Below are positions 26,161 through 39,335 of a stretch of 60,000 bases of DNA, one piece after another. Both the position numbers and the translations under genes were made by a program. The DNA is taken from NCBI RefSeq assembly GCF_018977255.1, contig NW_024704743.1:84446001-84506000 (forward strand), given 5' to 3'. The notes beneath the pieces are model-generated. The model was not told where the DNA came from and did no database searches. It was given only the letters and a program-made list of their open reading frames with translations. Source of the stretch: Callorhinchus milii (taxonomy: Eukaryota). How positions within the stretch are numbered: the stretch's first letter is position 1; each line of letters starts with the position of its first letter.

Positions 26161-27984
26161 GTTCTCCCTGTTTCAGTCCTTCTGCCCTGGGACATCCTTC
26201 CGACGTGAAGGGCGCTATACAAGTGCAATTTGATGTTGTTGTTGTTGCCTTGCCCCCACTTTGCCCGTCTTCAGATAGCGCCTAAAGGCTTTCATCTTCG
26301 ACCATGTCTACAGTCAGCTCCCCTTTCTCCCTGGCTCGATACCAAACTACGCCATTGTTCAGCATTCAGAGGCATTACCCCGTGTGAATTCAAAAGTGTA
26401 GTTTCTGCCATAATCTCTAAAAATAATTTTGTCATATCCTGTCTTTAAGTAACTTGACAAGATTATTCTCTCCCACATTGATTTCGAAAGGTGAGAAGGA
26501 ATTTGACTCATTATATTTGAATCCACAGAGATAACAGCAGTCTAATGTATGAAAATGCAGACTGCAAAGAAACAAGGAGGAAGTGTCCCAAAAATCAATC
26601 CTTCCTTCAGTCAGAGATGAGAAAGTTTTATCATGAACCTCTGACCTAGATTGCCAAACAGTGGTCACAGTCACAAGCTATGCATTTTGTAGCTGCTTAA
26701 ATTCCAGCATTACCCCCAAAACACACTCTAGGATTCCCCACAAGGCTTTTTCCAACCTACACCTAATACTTTCTGGAATTAGGTAAGTAGGGTGCAACGA
26801 AACAAAAATGTCCATGCTTATGTGGAACTTTCAGTAATATGTTTCAGATACCCATAAGCATGGCAATGGGTTTCCACGTGTGGCAGACACCTAGTTGGCT
26901 TCCCCCCTACCCCAAACCCCCACCCAAAAAAGTAATGTTAGACACTCAATCTGATATTCAGCATCCATGTCCAACATGCGTATGGAAATGCTGCCACACT
27001 GACGCAATAAATGGAGTGACACTTCATAACACATTTGACGTGATATGAAGTGCCACAGACTTCACTTTACAGGATGGCTGACGTATGTCTCCCCAGCAGA
27101 TGCTCCAGATTGTACCTGGTCTAATTCAGATCTGATCCCCATTCCACTACTAAGCTTTTGATTGCAGCAAGCATAATGCAAAAGACACCACATTAAAGAT
27201 GAAGATCAGCCACCTCATTTAGTCTGGGTTTACATTTATATTTGCCTGTGTAGCTGTGAGATTAGCATGAAGGCAAGGACTACATCGTAGCATTCTTCGG
27301 CTGTTATACTGCACAAGCACTTGGAGGGTAAGTGCCTGTTCTTCCATGTAAATAAAGCCTTGTGCTTGTTACTGTTACATCCAACTTTGTCCTTCATTTA
27401 GGACAAAGTGTCTGAACTAAGCAAAGTCGCTTTGTCTGGAAGTTATCCAGCCCAGATAGTCAATGCGTTGCATTTGTCTGTGATAGAATTGACTCATACT
27501 AAATTTGTGTTAGTCTGTTGTTTGTGAAAATCACTATAGCAACACTTTCAATATAATCTTTTTTGTTTCAAACCCATTTATGGTAATTATACCATAAGAA
27601 GCACAGATCACTCGAGGTCACAATTTACATCCTTTTGTCAGTTAGATGATCTTGTCATAGATTGTCTACATGGGGAGAAAATTGCGAAGAAGTGCGAAAT
27701 CACAGCCAATTTTTTTGTGCAAGGATCATGAATGCCTTTAACCGAGACCACGGAGAGTGCCGATTACATGTTTGATTGCCAGATACTGACTTAAAAATCA
27801 TTTTAAAAGTAAAAATTCAGTTAAGAAGCCTATTGTAACAGCTTGGATTCAAAATTTCAGACACTAGCTAAACACACGCTGCACAATATACAGTCATTAC
27901 AATTTACAGTAAATACAACAAAATACAATAAAATACAATATAAATTTACATTTATATGTAGTAAACCTCACATACGTTGTATGT

Positions 27985-28344
27985 GGAGTCCTGTAGCTTA
28001 GTAGTTAGAGCACTCGCCTCACAAGCAAGAGGACCTGGGTTCAATTCCTGGCCAGGGCAAAACATTAAGCAAGTTTCCTTATTTCACACACCTCTGTTTA
28101 CCTAGCAATAAATAGGAACTTGGTCGTTCTTGGTGGATCAGTTTTCCGGGGATAATAATCGTTTAAAAAAAATGTGATCGCTCAATCCACGACTGTTTGT
28201 GAACACTTCTGAGTGCAATTGGCTGTCGTGTTTTGCCCAAAAAATATCATCAATTCACTTTACAGTATATTCTATAAAGCTCTTTGAGACGTCTCGAAGA
28301 TGTCATAAGGCCCTGTAGCAAATGCAAGGATTTATTATTATTAT
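27985..28344 (+). mobile_element. Full-length composite tRNA-derived SINE (~360 bp)
   Basis: Head ggagtcctgtagcttagtagttagagcactcgcctcacaagc...ggttcaattcc; central cctctgtttacctagcaataaatagg; Deu-like ctgtttgtg...aattggctg; tail aaatgcaaggatttattattatt. Confidence 0.93.
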
Positions 28345-28821
28345 CAGTTGGGAGCATACATTTCATATGATTTTTCCAAAGTATGAATTATGTGAAACTT
28401 ATAAACAATAGGAAATTCAGTGGGATTTGGGCAGATGTAAGATTTAGGTGATTATATGATTTATACAGATCAGACTGCCAGTTTTACTGTAGCGCCTTTC
28501 AAGTTGGGAGGAGGTTCCAAGGTGCTCAACAGTCCTGGTTTGGCACCCGAGTAGAGTGTGAGAGCCAAGGGGGTAGGGGACAGATGACTAAAGGCGTGGT
28601 CAAAGTGTAAGTCCTTGAGGTGGACCTTGAAAGAGGTGAGGGAGGAGAAAATCCTGTGAAGCACTTTGAGACATCCTCCCAGCATGAAAGGCCCTATATC
28701 AGATGCAATAATTAGTTTTTATTATTTAAAAAACACAGATGGTTACTGCTTCATTCTGAAAAGGGAGAACACATTCTTCCAAAATTGTAGGGATGTTCAG
28801 TTCCAAATGTTGTAGTGAAGA

Positions 28822-29578
28822 AGACTGTATCACCTTCAGGGGGACATTGACAGATTAGTTGATTGAGCAGAGAAATGGCAAATGAAATTTAATGCAGAGA
28901 AATGTGAAGTTATACATTTTGGGAGGAAGAATAAAGAAAGCAAGTATATATTATAAAACATTTAAAGGATAGAGCAGGGAAACGTAAATGTACATAAATG
29001 TTTAATGTACATAAATCCTTAAAGATGGGAAGACAGGTGGACAAAGCAATAAAGAAAGCAAATGTGATTCTTGGTTCAATAAATAAGGGTGAGAATATTA
29101 AACCAAATAAGTATTGCTAAACGTATATAAATTATTACTTAGACTGCAGCTAGAATATTGTATACAATTTTGGTCATCCCACTTCACACGTCAACGAAAT
29201 AGAGGAGATTTTCTAGAATGATACCAAGAATGAGTGGTTTGGCCTATGAGTAGAGATTAGAGGAACTGGGACTGGAACAAAGAAGATTGAGGGGTGACTT
29301 GATAGAGGTCATAAATTAATAGGGATTTTTATGCAAATTGGGAGGTTAGGAGAATTTTTGTAGTTAGGATATGGAATACTCTGCTGGGAGCTGTGGGTAA
29401 GGCAGACTCCATATTATCTTATGAGAGGGGAATGAGATAAATACAGTACTTAAAAATTACAGCGATATGGGGAAAGGGCAGGTAAAGGGGATTGATATCA
29501 TTGTTCCTAAAAGAGCCAGCACAGACATAATGGGCTGAAAATCCTTCATCTATGCTGTCATTTCTATGGTTTTATGGT
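28822..29578 (+). mobile_element. Old CR1 3' fragment with internal deletions
   Basis: Translates to WQMKFNAEKCEVIHFGRKN, LEYCIQFW and RRLRGDLIEV; tail tttctatggttttatg. Confidence 0.85.
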
Positions 29579-29629
29579 TCAATGGTTGCCATGGACATGT
29601 TTTAGATTTCCAGTCAATAAAGTATGCAT

Positions 29630-29945
29630 CAGCCTGGCTCAGTTGGTAGCAGTCTTGTCTCTAAGTTAGAAAGTTGTGGGTTCAGTGAACCTGTCTGCTT
29701 TTCAGGTTCAGATTCCATGGCTCTTTTCGATAAGAGAAGGAAGTTTCTTCCAGTGTCCTGGCCAACATTCAACCCCCAAAAAAACAAATCAATGGCTGTT
29801 TGTGGGACAATGCTGTGTACAAAGTGGTTGCTTTGTTTGCCTGCAAATTATAGTCACTACATTTTACAGTACATCCTGTGAGGCACTTTCGGATGTCCTC
29901 CTAACATGAAAGGTGCTTTATCAAATGCAAGGATTATTCTCATTA
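29630..29945 (+). mobile_element. DeuSINE-like copy, internally deleted
   Basis: tggctcagttggtagc head; gtgtcctggccaacatt; gctgtttgtgggac; L2-type tail. Confidence 0.75.
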
Positions 29946-32659
29946 TACTGTTCCTTAAGTAATTAGGAAATGGCCTGAGTTCAAGAACATCCCTTTCATC
30001 TCCTGGCTGTTTTGTGAGACATTGCTGTATGCAAATTAACTGCTCTGTTCGTCTACAAATATATAGACACATATGCAATTACGTATAGTAATTACTGGAG
30101 AGCACTTTTAGGCGTATTAGTGTTACAGGTGCTATATCAAATGCAAATGCAAGGATTATTGCAAGATCAATAATCCTTGCATTTGAATTATTCAGCAAGT
30201 TCAGCAAATGCAAGCGCTCCAAAACGCTACGCAGCGTGAAGGGCGCTATATAAATGCAAGATGTTGGTGCTGTAGTTATTCATCTTCACCTACATATATA
30301 TGTAGTATATGAACATATACACTCCTACAGATTGTGGGAAGCCTTACCCTTCTCAGTTTTTCCTTGCTCATACAATCTACCGATTCTTAAAATCCAAACT
30401 TGGCATCACATAATCATCACTACTCTTCAAGCTTGATGTTGTACTACATGAGGGGCCTCAGCCGTTAAGCCTGAATTTTAATAAAGTAGCTTTCTTTTGA
30501 CATGGAGCATAGAAAAGAACCGCAGCCAAAGCTACTCTGAGGTCAATGAGGATCTCGCTTGGTACTCAACAAGAGGAACAGTATCAGCATTTTCCTCCTC
30601 AAGGTGGAGTGCCTCATCACAAGACGTTTCTTCTTGCAGAGTGCTTAGGATCCATGGAAACTCACTATTACAGAGGATAGTGGACTCCAACATTAGTCAT
30701 CCCTGGAATTTGAATCATGAATTGTGAAAGAAGCCTTGTTCTATTGGGTTTTCCAGGTGTACTCACATGTTTACAGTACCCTGGCATGGATGAGAATCAA
30801 GAAAAATATACTACTATTTTTACACTTATTAAAATAATTTAATTTTCGCACACACTCTTCACTGTTCCCATGTAAGGTTGTGTTGTTCTGCTATTAATTT
30901 GTGGTGAAATGCAGTACAATGCAAAGAGCAAAATAAAAGGGGAACTTTTGATGTTTGACTTACATTGAAAAACACAGTTCATCGGTCAGTCACTGACTCA
31001 GACCTCAACATCCTTGAATGGTTAGATTTATTATTCTTTATGAACAAAAATAAGAGCAAGGAAGCAAGCAAGAACATTTTTATAGGAAATATAGAATCAC
31101 AATATTTTCTCAAAGGTGGCAGATCACATTTTGTAGACAATGAGTTTTTAAAGGCACAAGGTTATACATTTTCCTTATTGTTGTCCTTTTGTTAGTGCAA
31201 CCAGTGTGCCTTAAGCTATCCTGTAATAAATTTCAGTATTTTGGGGTCCAATTTTTATTACCTTATTGTTGAATTTATATGTTAATCAGAAATATTTGAA
31301 TCATTGAATTCTAAACCACAGAATGTCTATAACTGCACATTTAGTATTAAGAAATCTGTTGAGAAATATCAAAAATATACCCCATTATTCAGTAGCCAAG
31401 AGGTTTGTAAGTACTTTCAATGAATCATGATCTCATCCAAAACATTGAAACATTTTTCTTAACCTTAAAGTGTGAACTAGATGAATTGTATAATCACACT
31501 GTCTTCCCAACATTTCTTGTGAAGAGATTAGATGTAAATTTAAACTTTTTGATAAATCACAACTCACCCTCATCCTGGTACATTAAAAAAAGCTGATTTT
31601 AGTGGTAAAATGATTTTGATTTAACAAATGGTATTCCGTCTGTTATTTCAAACAGCCATTAAATTTAACGGTGAGGTCATAGGGTGAAGCCATTTAATTT
31701 CACATTAAAATTACCTTGAAGACTGCATTGTTTTCTTTTTTCCCATAGGGGCTAACCTTAGTACCGTTGGGTTAATTTCAAGATGGAAGTTAAAAGAATT
31801 GCAAAGCAGAAGCAACAACTGGAATAGTTTGTTCAAAGCGTAGCACACATGGTACGTTTCAGCAATGTCACTCAAGTGTACTACATGTCACATTTTACAG
31901 TACAGTTGTGCTATTTATCTGCCAGCAAAACGTTTAGTTTGCTCCGACAATGGATAAAGTTTATGGTGTGTTAATTAAGACAAGGAACGTGTTGTGAGAA
32001 TGCTGCTAGCTCTACCCCGGTTGATGTTTCTGTGCCAGGTAGGCACTGTAAGGAAATTGACAATGTTGCTGCCTTGTTACTCACTCAGATGGCTGAAATA
32101 AGATTTACTCAGAAACCCAATCTCCTTTTGCTTGTATAAATAGCACAAATAGCTCCGCCCTGCAACCGACATAAAGAAGAACCACTTCAAAGGGAGATTT
32201 CATCTCATGCCAGTTTGGATTGACAATGATATCCTTATATTTTTATAGCAGCTTATCATTTTGAAACAAAAATAATAACTATAATATAATAATATCACAA
32301 TGCACTTCAATGGAATAAGACTCATGACCTGAATTCTCAATGTCTTCTTCCTTACTCTCTACTGTTCTCTTTCCAACCTGGTTGCCAATATTAAAGCTGT
32401 GTGTTGATTGATCAGGGGGACCATCTGGTGTGATACAAAGTCATATTGGCCAGATAGGTATAATGTTTGATCTCTGGTCTGTTAAGAATTAATAGATCTC
32501 AGCTGAAATATCTATAGAGGAACCTACATTGATTGTGATCTCAATGATGTGTTTATATATAATCTCGAATGCAAGGATTATTATTATTATTAAATTGATT
32601 GTCCAATTGGCACTTCATTGTAGTAATGGGGAAGTGCTTCCGTGCTCAAGATGCCTACC

Positions 32660-33510
32660 TTACTCCCCATACCCCTGGAAGGTACTCCTTTTTGGATATC
32701 TATCTACTTTCCTCATAAGAAGGTAATATGGATTCTGCCTCAACCATCACACCCAGCAAGGTATTCCATATCTGAACAACCCTTTGTGTAAAACAAATCC
32801 TCCTAATCTCCTCCCTCTGCTCCCTTGCTTGCTATCCTAATTCATGACTTCTAATTACTAACTTACTAACCAATTGGAAATGAAATCTCCCTATCTACTC
32901 TATAAAACCCCCTATAATTTTAAAGATCTCAATCAGATATTCCCTTAACATTCTTTGTTCCAATGACAATAGGCCCTGTTTCTCCCATCTCTAATCATAG
33001 GCTAAAACACTTGTCATTAGTATCATGCTTGTAAATCTTCTATGACTTTTTGCATGGCACTGACATCTTTTCTAAAGTGAGGTGACCAAAACAGGATACA
33101 ATAATCCAACTGCAGTCTAATTAACAATGTATACAAGGTAAGCAACACCTTTTTGGTTTTACATTCTATACCCTATTTATAAAATCTTGGATCTCACTAG
33201 CTTTCTCCACAGCTTTGTCCACCTTTGTAAGTTATATGTCTTAACCTTAGGTCTTTCTGCTCTTCTACTCCTTTATGATATTTTTATTATTTTGCATATA
33301 TTTTCTCTCCTTATTCCTTCTCCCCTATGTAGAATCTCATGCTCACCTACATTAAATTTCACCTGCCACCTTTCTGCCCAGTCTACTAGTCTGTCCATGC
33401 CTTCCTGAGGTTTCTTACAATCTTCCTCATTTTAGCTACAGTCTCTATTGTCTTGTCATCTGCAGGTTTAGAATTTGTGTTCTCACACCAGAATTCAGAT
33501 CATTTATATA
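32660..33510 (-). mobile_element. Old CR1 3' fragment
   Basis: Reverse complement of RT C-terminal features (tgtcatctgca = ADD; ggtgaccaaaac; aacaaccctttgtgtaaaa = FTQRVV). Confidence 0.8.
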
Positions 33511-35710
33511 AATGGAGAAATGCTGTCATTGTAACACATGACTGCTCAGAAAAACAGTTACTACACTTGACAGTAATTGGCTGGGAAGTATTTTGAGATG
33601 TTTAGACCTGACAAAGCATAATTAAAATGCAATTAATTTCTTTCTTACAATTGATGTCAGCAGGCAACGGAGGAATAACATTCTGCTCACCATCCAAGAA
33701 CCCCAGCTGAGAAATGCGTGTGTGTACCTCAGTAAATGAGGACATGTTCAGGTTTGCTGACGATATCCTTTACCCTCTGATACTTGCTGTCTGAGCTTGT
33801 ATTTGAAGAATGAGAACTTGGGTGAAGTACAAAAGGCCACTAGCCCCTGTGGAACAAATCCCCAGCCTGAGCCAGGAGAGCAAAAACATTTTTTTTTCCA
33901 GAATATTTATTAATTTGTATAGCACATTATTTACATATACATCTGCGATGGACACACATCTGGACATATATATGTAATCTGTCTGATGACTTAAAGAATT
34001 TCCCATTCATATCAATACGATGCCCCACTAAATCTGAGTCTGAAATGTAACATTGAATCTCAGCATGTGAAGTATAAAGTGAATGAATTGTAAATGTTGA
34101 ACTGTAATTTAATCTTTCAGGTTTGCCTCTGGCTGAGGAAATACAAATAAATCTCTTACAAAAACTGGTTTTATAATAAACCACACAGCTGACAGTTATG
34201 GCAATATAATTTTTTTAATCATCTATTTCCAGTAAAGAGTTCACAGTTTAAAGAGTTAGTCATAAGTTTGACGTCAGCAATTGGCTCAATGTTTCCATAA
34301 AAACAAAAACCCAGACAACTTAAAGACAATGGACATTCAGTAGGTAACCTCACATAAAGCACTGACTGAGCTCACTGCTGCACAGAGTGAATCCCTCCTA
34401 AAAGAGCATTGACCTTTACTGTTGGCCTACATTAGGCAGAACTATTGTTTTCCATCGGTTAATACATTTATAGTCTTTTAATAGTTTTTAAACATCACAA
34501 GGGCAAGGGTCCAACTGTTGGTAAATGATGGGTGTGTATGTATTACTCTATGTTGGTCGCTAAATGTACCAACTCTGGCTTTGGGAGATTGGAATTGAAA
34601 AAAAACATTATAAAAGTGACGTTTAAGTCAGAAAATTTACTGACAATTTAAGAATTTCCTTTTTTTTTGTGTTTTCTAATAAATTCAGTGCTATATAAAC
34701 TATAGATTGCAATGGTGTGTATTTAGAAGCTACATCTACCTCCTTCTCTTCACCCAAACCCCAATACTACACCCCACTAACCCACACCCCAATGCTGTGC
34801 CCCACTAACTCGCACTTCAATGCTTTGCTCCACTGCCCCACACTCCATGTCCAATTCCAAATAAAGAGCTTAAACATTGGAAGAGGAATGTTTACACTCC
34901 CTTTAGTAGATTTCCTGTTATTTTTACACTGGGCTGCCAGCAGCTGATTTGGTGGAGCAGCTGTGTGTTAACAGAGACCAGGAACAGTGTGTTGAATGGA
35001 GAGATAAGTGAGGAGACGGTTTGTTTATGCTTAGGCTAGTTAAGGAACACCACAAATTTTACCCTCTACTTTCTCATTCATGATTATGATTCCTGAATCA
35101 TATTCAGGCTCACCAATCACCCTCATTAAGGAACACAGGATGAATGTATCTGGACCGAGAATTACAATAGTGGATGAGTGCACATTGAATAGATAGGTTG
35201 TTTGAATAGTGGTTCTGAGTTTGTGAGAAAATGGAAGCAAATTAGTCTTGTCTCAGAATCATTTTTGTTAATCAAAGTAAGCCGTCCTTCATTTTTTGGC
35301 CTTCATGTTGTTATATTGATCACAAGTTGTACACATAAACATAGAAATCTACAGCACAGAAGGAGACCATTCGGCCTATCAGTCAGCACCAGCTCATAGA
35401 GCAAGGAGATCTCTCCAATCCTATTACCCAGCAGTATATAATATACATTATATACACAATTATTAATCTGTATGAAATTATTTTTTCATGCGAATGGATT
35501 ATACACAGGTGAACAGTTTCCATGCATTTTATAATGAAGAGGCACAAGAAAGAATAAGCAGAGAAAATAATAAAATTACTTACTCCCCCCTCAAAAACAT
35601 TCTTTTGTTATATAATTCATTGGGTTTTGCCCACAAAACACACATAGTTACAAAAGTTTACAGTATGTCCTGTGAAGCGCTTTGAGACATCTCAACGATG
35701 TGATGAGGCA

Positions 35711-35985
35711 AATAATAATAATAATCCTTGCATTTGATATAGCGCTTTTCATGTCTTCTAGACGTCTTGTGGGTGAAATGCGGCAGCCAATTGCGTACAA
35801 CAGTGTCCCACAAATAGGATTGAAGTGGATTGAAGTGACCAATTTATTATTGGGTTTTTTTCTTGAGGGATTATTATTAGGCATGTGGAGTAAGAAAATT
35901 TGCCCAAGGTTTCGCCCTGCCAGGAATCGAACCCAGGTCTCTCACTTGAGAGGTGAGTGCTCTAACCACTGAGCTGCAAGACTCC
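35711..35985 (-). mobile_element. Composite tRNA-derived SINE with intact A and B boxes, apparently inserted in the tail of a plus-strand SINE
   Basis: Minus-strand head ggagtcttgcagctcagtggttagagc...gggttcgattcc. The flanking plus-strand tail pieces lie at 35622-35710 and ~36005-36022. Confidence 0.9.
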
Positions 35986-37477
35986 TGTAATTGAACTATT
36001 CTACCAATGCAAGGATTATTATCCTTACTTATTATTTTGAGCTCTTGGAGCTATATTTGGGAGAACAAACAAAAGTCCTAGCAACTTATCTGTTTGAAAT
36101 TACTTTCTGCTCAATAAAATAACACATTTCATATATTATGATTCAACTTTACCTTGTCACTGTACACCCACATCTCATCCTATTAAAGTTTATTAAAGGA
36201 TGGGTTGACCTCAAATAATTGCCCTGAAAGCTGTTCTATTGACTCACTGAGAGCTATAGCCATATTTGTATGTTTAATGATACCTTTTTTCCTTTGTGCA
36301 ATACTACATTGGAAAAAATAATCCATTAAAACCTCCAGCAGTACATTTAAGCATATTTTTATTTGTTGGTTCAGTGAATTGTATTCAGAATCTCATTGAA
36401 CATTTTTACAGAATGCTTCAGAAAGGAGATTTTTTAATTTCACTCACCAAACTAAAATGGGGCAATGTTACTTTCAGAAATCTTAATCATTTTTCCTTCA
36501 AAATACATGTGACTTGGGCAAATAGAATATGATGAGAATTAATGAAGAAACATATACAATTTATTTAGGGGGTTTTGATGACATCTTTCCTTCTTTGGAC
36601 CTGTACAGAGAATTTGAAGGGTTATCGTCATGGGACAAGAGAGCTATTTACTAGTGTGCAGGTGCTGACAAAAGTCAATAGCCCATTTGATGTTCCTGTT
36701 GTGTGTCATTGCTTCTGGGTCACAAAATTTGAAGTTTAAGCCCCACCTGGAGGCTTTCAGTTCATATGGTGCTAATGGGAATGCTTATCTAAAGGGAATG
36801 TGGAATCTGGAAGGTACTGATCTGTTTCCGACACATTCTACAATGTTTGCTCAGTTGGAAGGTTTACTTGCCTTGTTCCTCACAAGACAGAGAGCATTCT
36901 GATTAGAAGAAGCCTTATTGTATATACATCACAGCATAGAGGAAGCAAATTGTGAGATCTATAACTCAGCTTTTCCAAATGAAAATACAATACTATTTTG
37001 CATTCAAACACACTACAAAAAAAAACAGTGGTGGAATAGTTCAATTACTCGGTTGGCTTCAAAAGAGGCACTTTGTCTTATGATATGAAACCAATGTTCA
37101 ATGTCCGACTGTTCACACATGATTGACTCGCAACTTCTTAAAGGGCAATGGGGACGTGTTGCTGAAACATGGCTGAGTGAGTATTTACACCCCAGTTTTG
37201 TTTTAATGGTCACCAACCTCAAATAACTTATCAAAGTTCATGTGGGACTGTATGTATGCAGAAAAGAAATAAATCAAGCAGCATCACTTGAGCAGTAATG
37301 TATGTGCCATTAGTCTGCGGGGAGATAGTCTTAACAACCACAGACAACCACTCCATTAATGTAGTAAACCATTTGATTATTTGTTTCGTCAAATAAGATA
37401 AGGATATGCTTCTCCGCTTACCCCTACCTCACTTAAATGGGGGCTGGAAACCAACAACAACAAAAGTTATGTGATTG

Positions 37478-37756
37478 TTGGGGGGAGGGTATCACAGCTG
37501 CGTCCAACACTGTTCCCTTATGATATCCACCTACTGACACTTCCAGCAGAGGTCGCTGGATCCCGATCCGGAATGATTGTTTTGTCCCCCTCTTTAGCCT
37601 TGGAACAATGAACCCAATTGTCGCATCCATGCAACACTACACTAGTTGGGATCAGCTATCTCAGCGCAGGCCAGGGATTGAACCTGCTGCTCTCGAGTCT
37701 GTTTGGTTCAATCCCACAATACATGGTAAATTTACCACCTGAGCCATTGGGGGAGC
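37478..37756 (-). mobile_element. Third SINE family, 5' part with tRNA-like head
   Basis: The minus strand begins gctcccccaatggctcaggtggtaaat (A box) ... caggttcaatccctgg (B box). Related heads lie at ~32410, ~42560 and ~54370-54475. Confidence 0.65.
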
Positions 37757-38560
37757 ACATGTCTGCAAGGTAACTGATCCATTGGGAACATACACATGTG
37801 TAAGGCCCATTGAGCCATTGGATAGGAGTCAACTGTAGCAGCTGATCTGCAGCTGCCGCCACATTCAGGAGATTCAACTCAATCATCCACACCTCGATGT
37901 CATTGCCCAAGTATCGCAACAACATCAAGGCATTAATACTTTACTGAATAACATTTGCCACCGACAGGCTCTAGGAGTTCAGAACCTCCCTTTACTCTAG
38001 AAAAACTTTTTAAAAATTAAGCATAGAAATCTATGAAGCAGTAAGAGGCTATTCTTTCAGATGCGTGGGCATCAGAACTAAATCAGGAAAATCCTAAATC
38101 AGGACACTTTCAGGGAACCACCTTATTTCATTATATTGGCAGAGCAGGGTTCTCGTGAGTTTAAATATTCTACATAAACCTCCCAGTTTATTTGCATTGC
38201 ATTTCAGCAGGGCATCCTCTGTGTCTATGCTATGCAAACGCTAGTTTTTAATATTCACAAGCTGTGTTTCACTTTAAGGCAAGTTAACTACAGCAACATG
38301 GATCTATAAGTATGGAGCATTGGCAATTTGACCTCTCAGTCTGCAGAGTTTGGCTCGACTCTAATTACAGAATGTGCCAAAAATACAACTAAAACAAGAC
38401 AACATTTAAAGCGGTACTTCCCCATAGGGACGGTTATCTGAACTAAACTGGTGCCACCTTCCTCTATGCTGTAATGTATTTGTCTGTAAGGACACTTGGG
38501 AAAGGTAATGAAGGCAATGCCTTGTATTGCCTGCCTGCTACATACACCTGAGCAGCTATA

Positions 38561-39335
38561 AACAACAATAGCAACAAAATTACATTTGTATAGCGCCTTT
38601 CACGTCGGGAGGACGTCCAAAGGCACTGGACAGACAGAGTTACGGACCCGAGCTGGGGGTCAGGGTGGGGGAGGATGGAGGGCAGGGGGGGAAGCAGGGA
38701 GATCGAAAGCACGGTCGAAGAGGAGGGTCTTGCGGTGGGTCTTGAAGGTGGTGAGGGAGGGGACGAGACGGAGGGACTGCGGGATGGAGTTCCAGAGGGT
38801 GGGGCTAAAGTGGTGGAAGGCCCGCCTGTCAATAGTGGGGCGAGCAATGCGGGGACGTGAAGCAAGCCGGAGTCTACTGAGCGGAGGGAGCGAATAGGAT
38901 GGTAGGGGTTAGAAGGTCGGAGAGGTAGGGGGGAGCAAGACCATGGAGGGCTTTGAAGGTGTGGACCAGGATCTTGAGCTGTATTCTTTGTGCGATGGGA
39001 AGCCAGTGGAGTTGGGCAAGAATAGGGATGGTAGGGTCGCGGAGCCTAGCGCGGGAGAGGACACGGGCTGCAGAGTTCTGCATGATCTGCAGCCTGTGGT
39101 GGGGGAGTTGGGGAGGCCGACAAGCAATGAGTTTGCATAGTCGAGCCTCGATGTATTGAAGGCGTGTATGAGGGGTTAAAAGGATAGTTGAGGGTCAAAC
39201 AAGACGCCAAGGGTCTGGACTGGCTTAGCGAGGTGGAGTGTGCAACCATGGACGGTGATGCTGTCAGCGTCTGAGGTGAGGAGGCACTGACGGGAGCCAA
39301 TCAGGAGAGCCTCAGTGTTGGTGAAGTTCAACTGA
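38561..39335 (-). mobile_element. L2-clade LINE 3' fragment, relatively young (CpG-rich)
   Basis: Translates to LQLNFTNTEALLIG, LGVLFDPQLSF and QNSAARVLSR...PILAQLHWLPIAQRIQLKILVHTFKALHGLAPPYLSDLL; tail gtgaaaggcgctatacaaatgtaattttgttg. Confidence 0.95.

Noticed and set aside
30497..30727. 76-aa ORF in unique sequence
   Set aside because: No recognisable homology or convincing splice sites; its length is within chance expectation.
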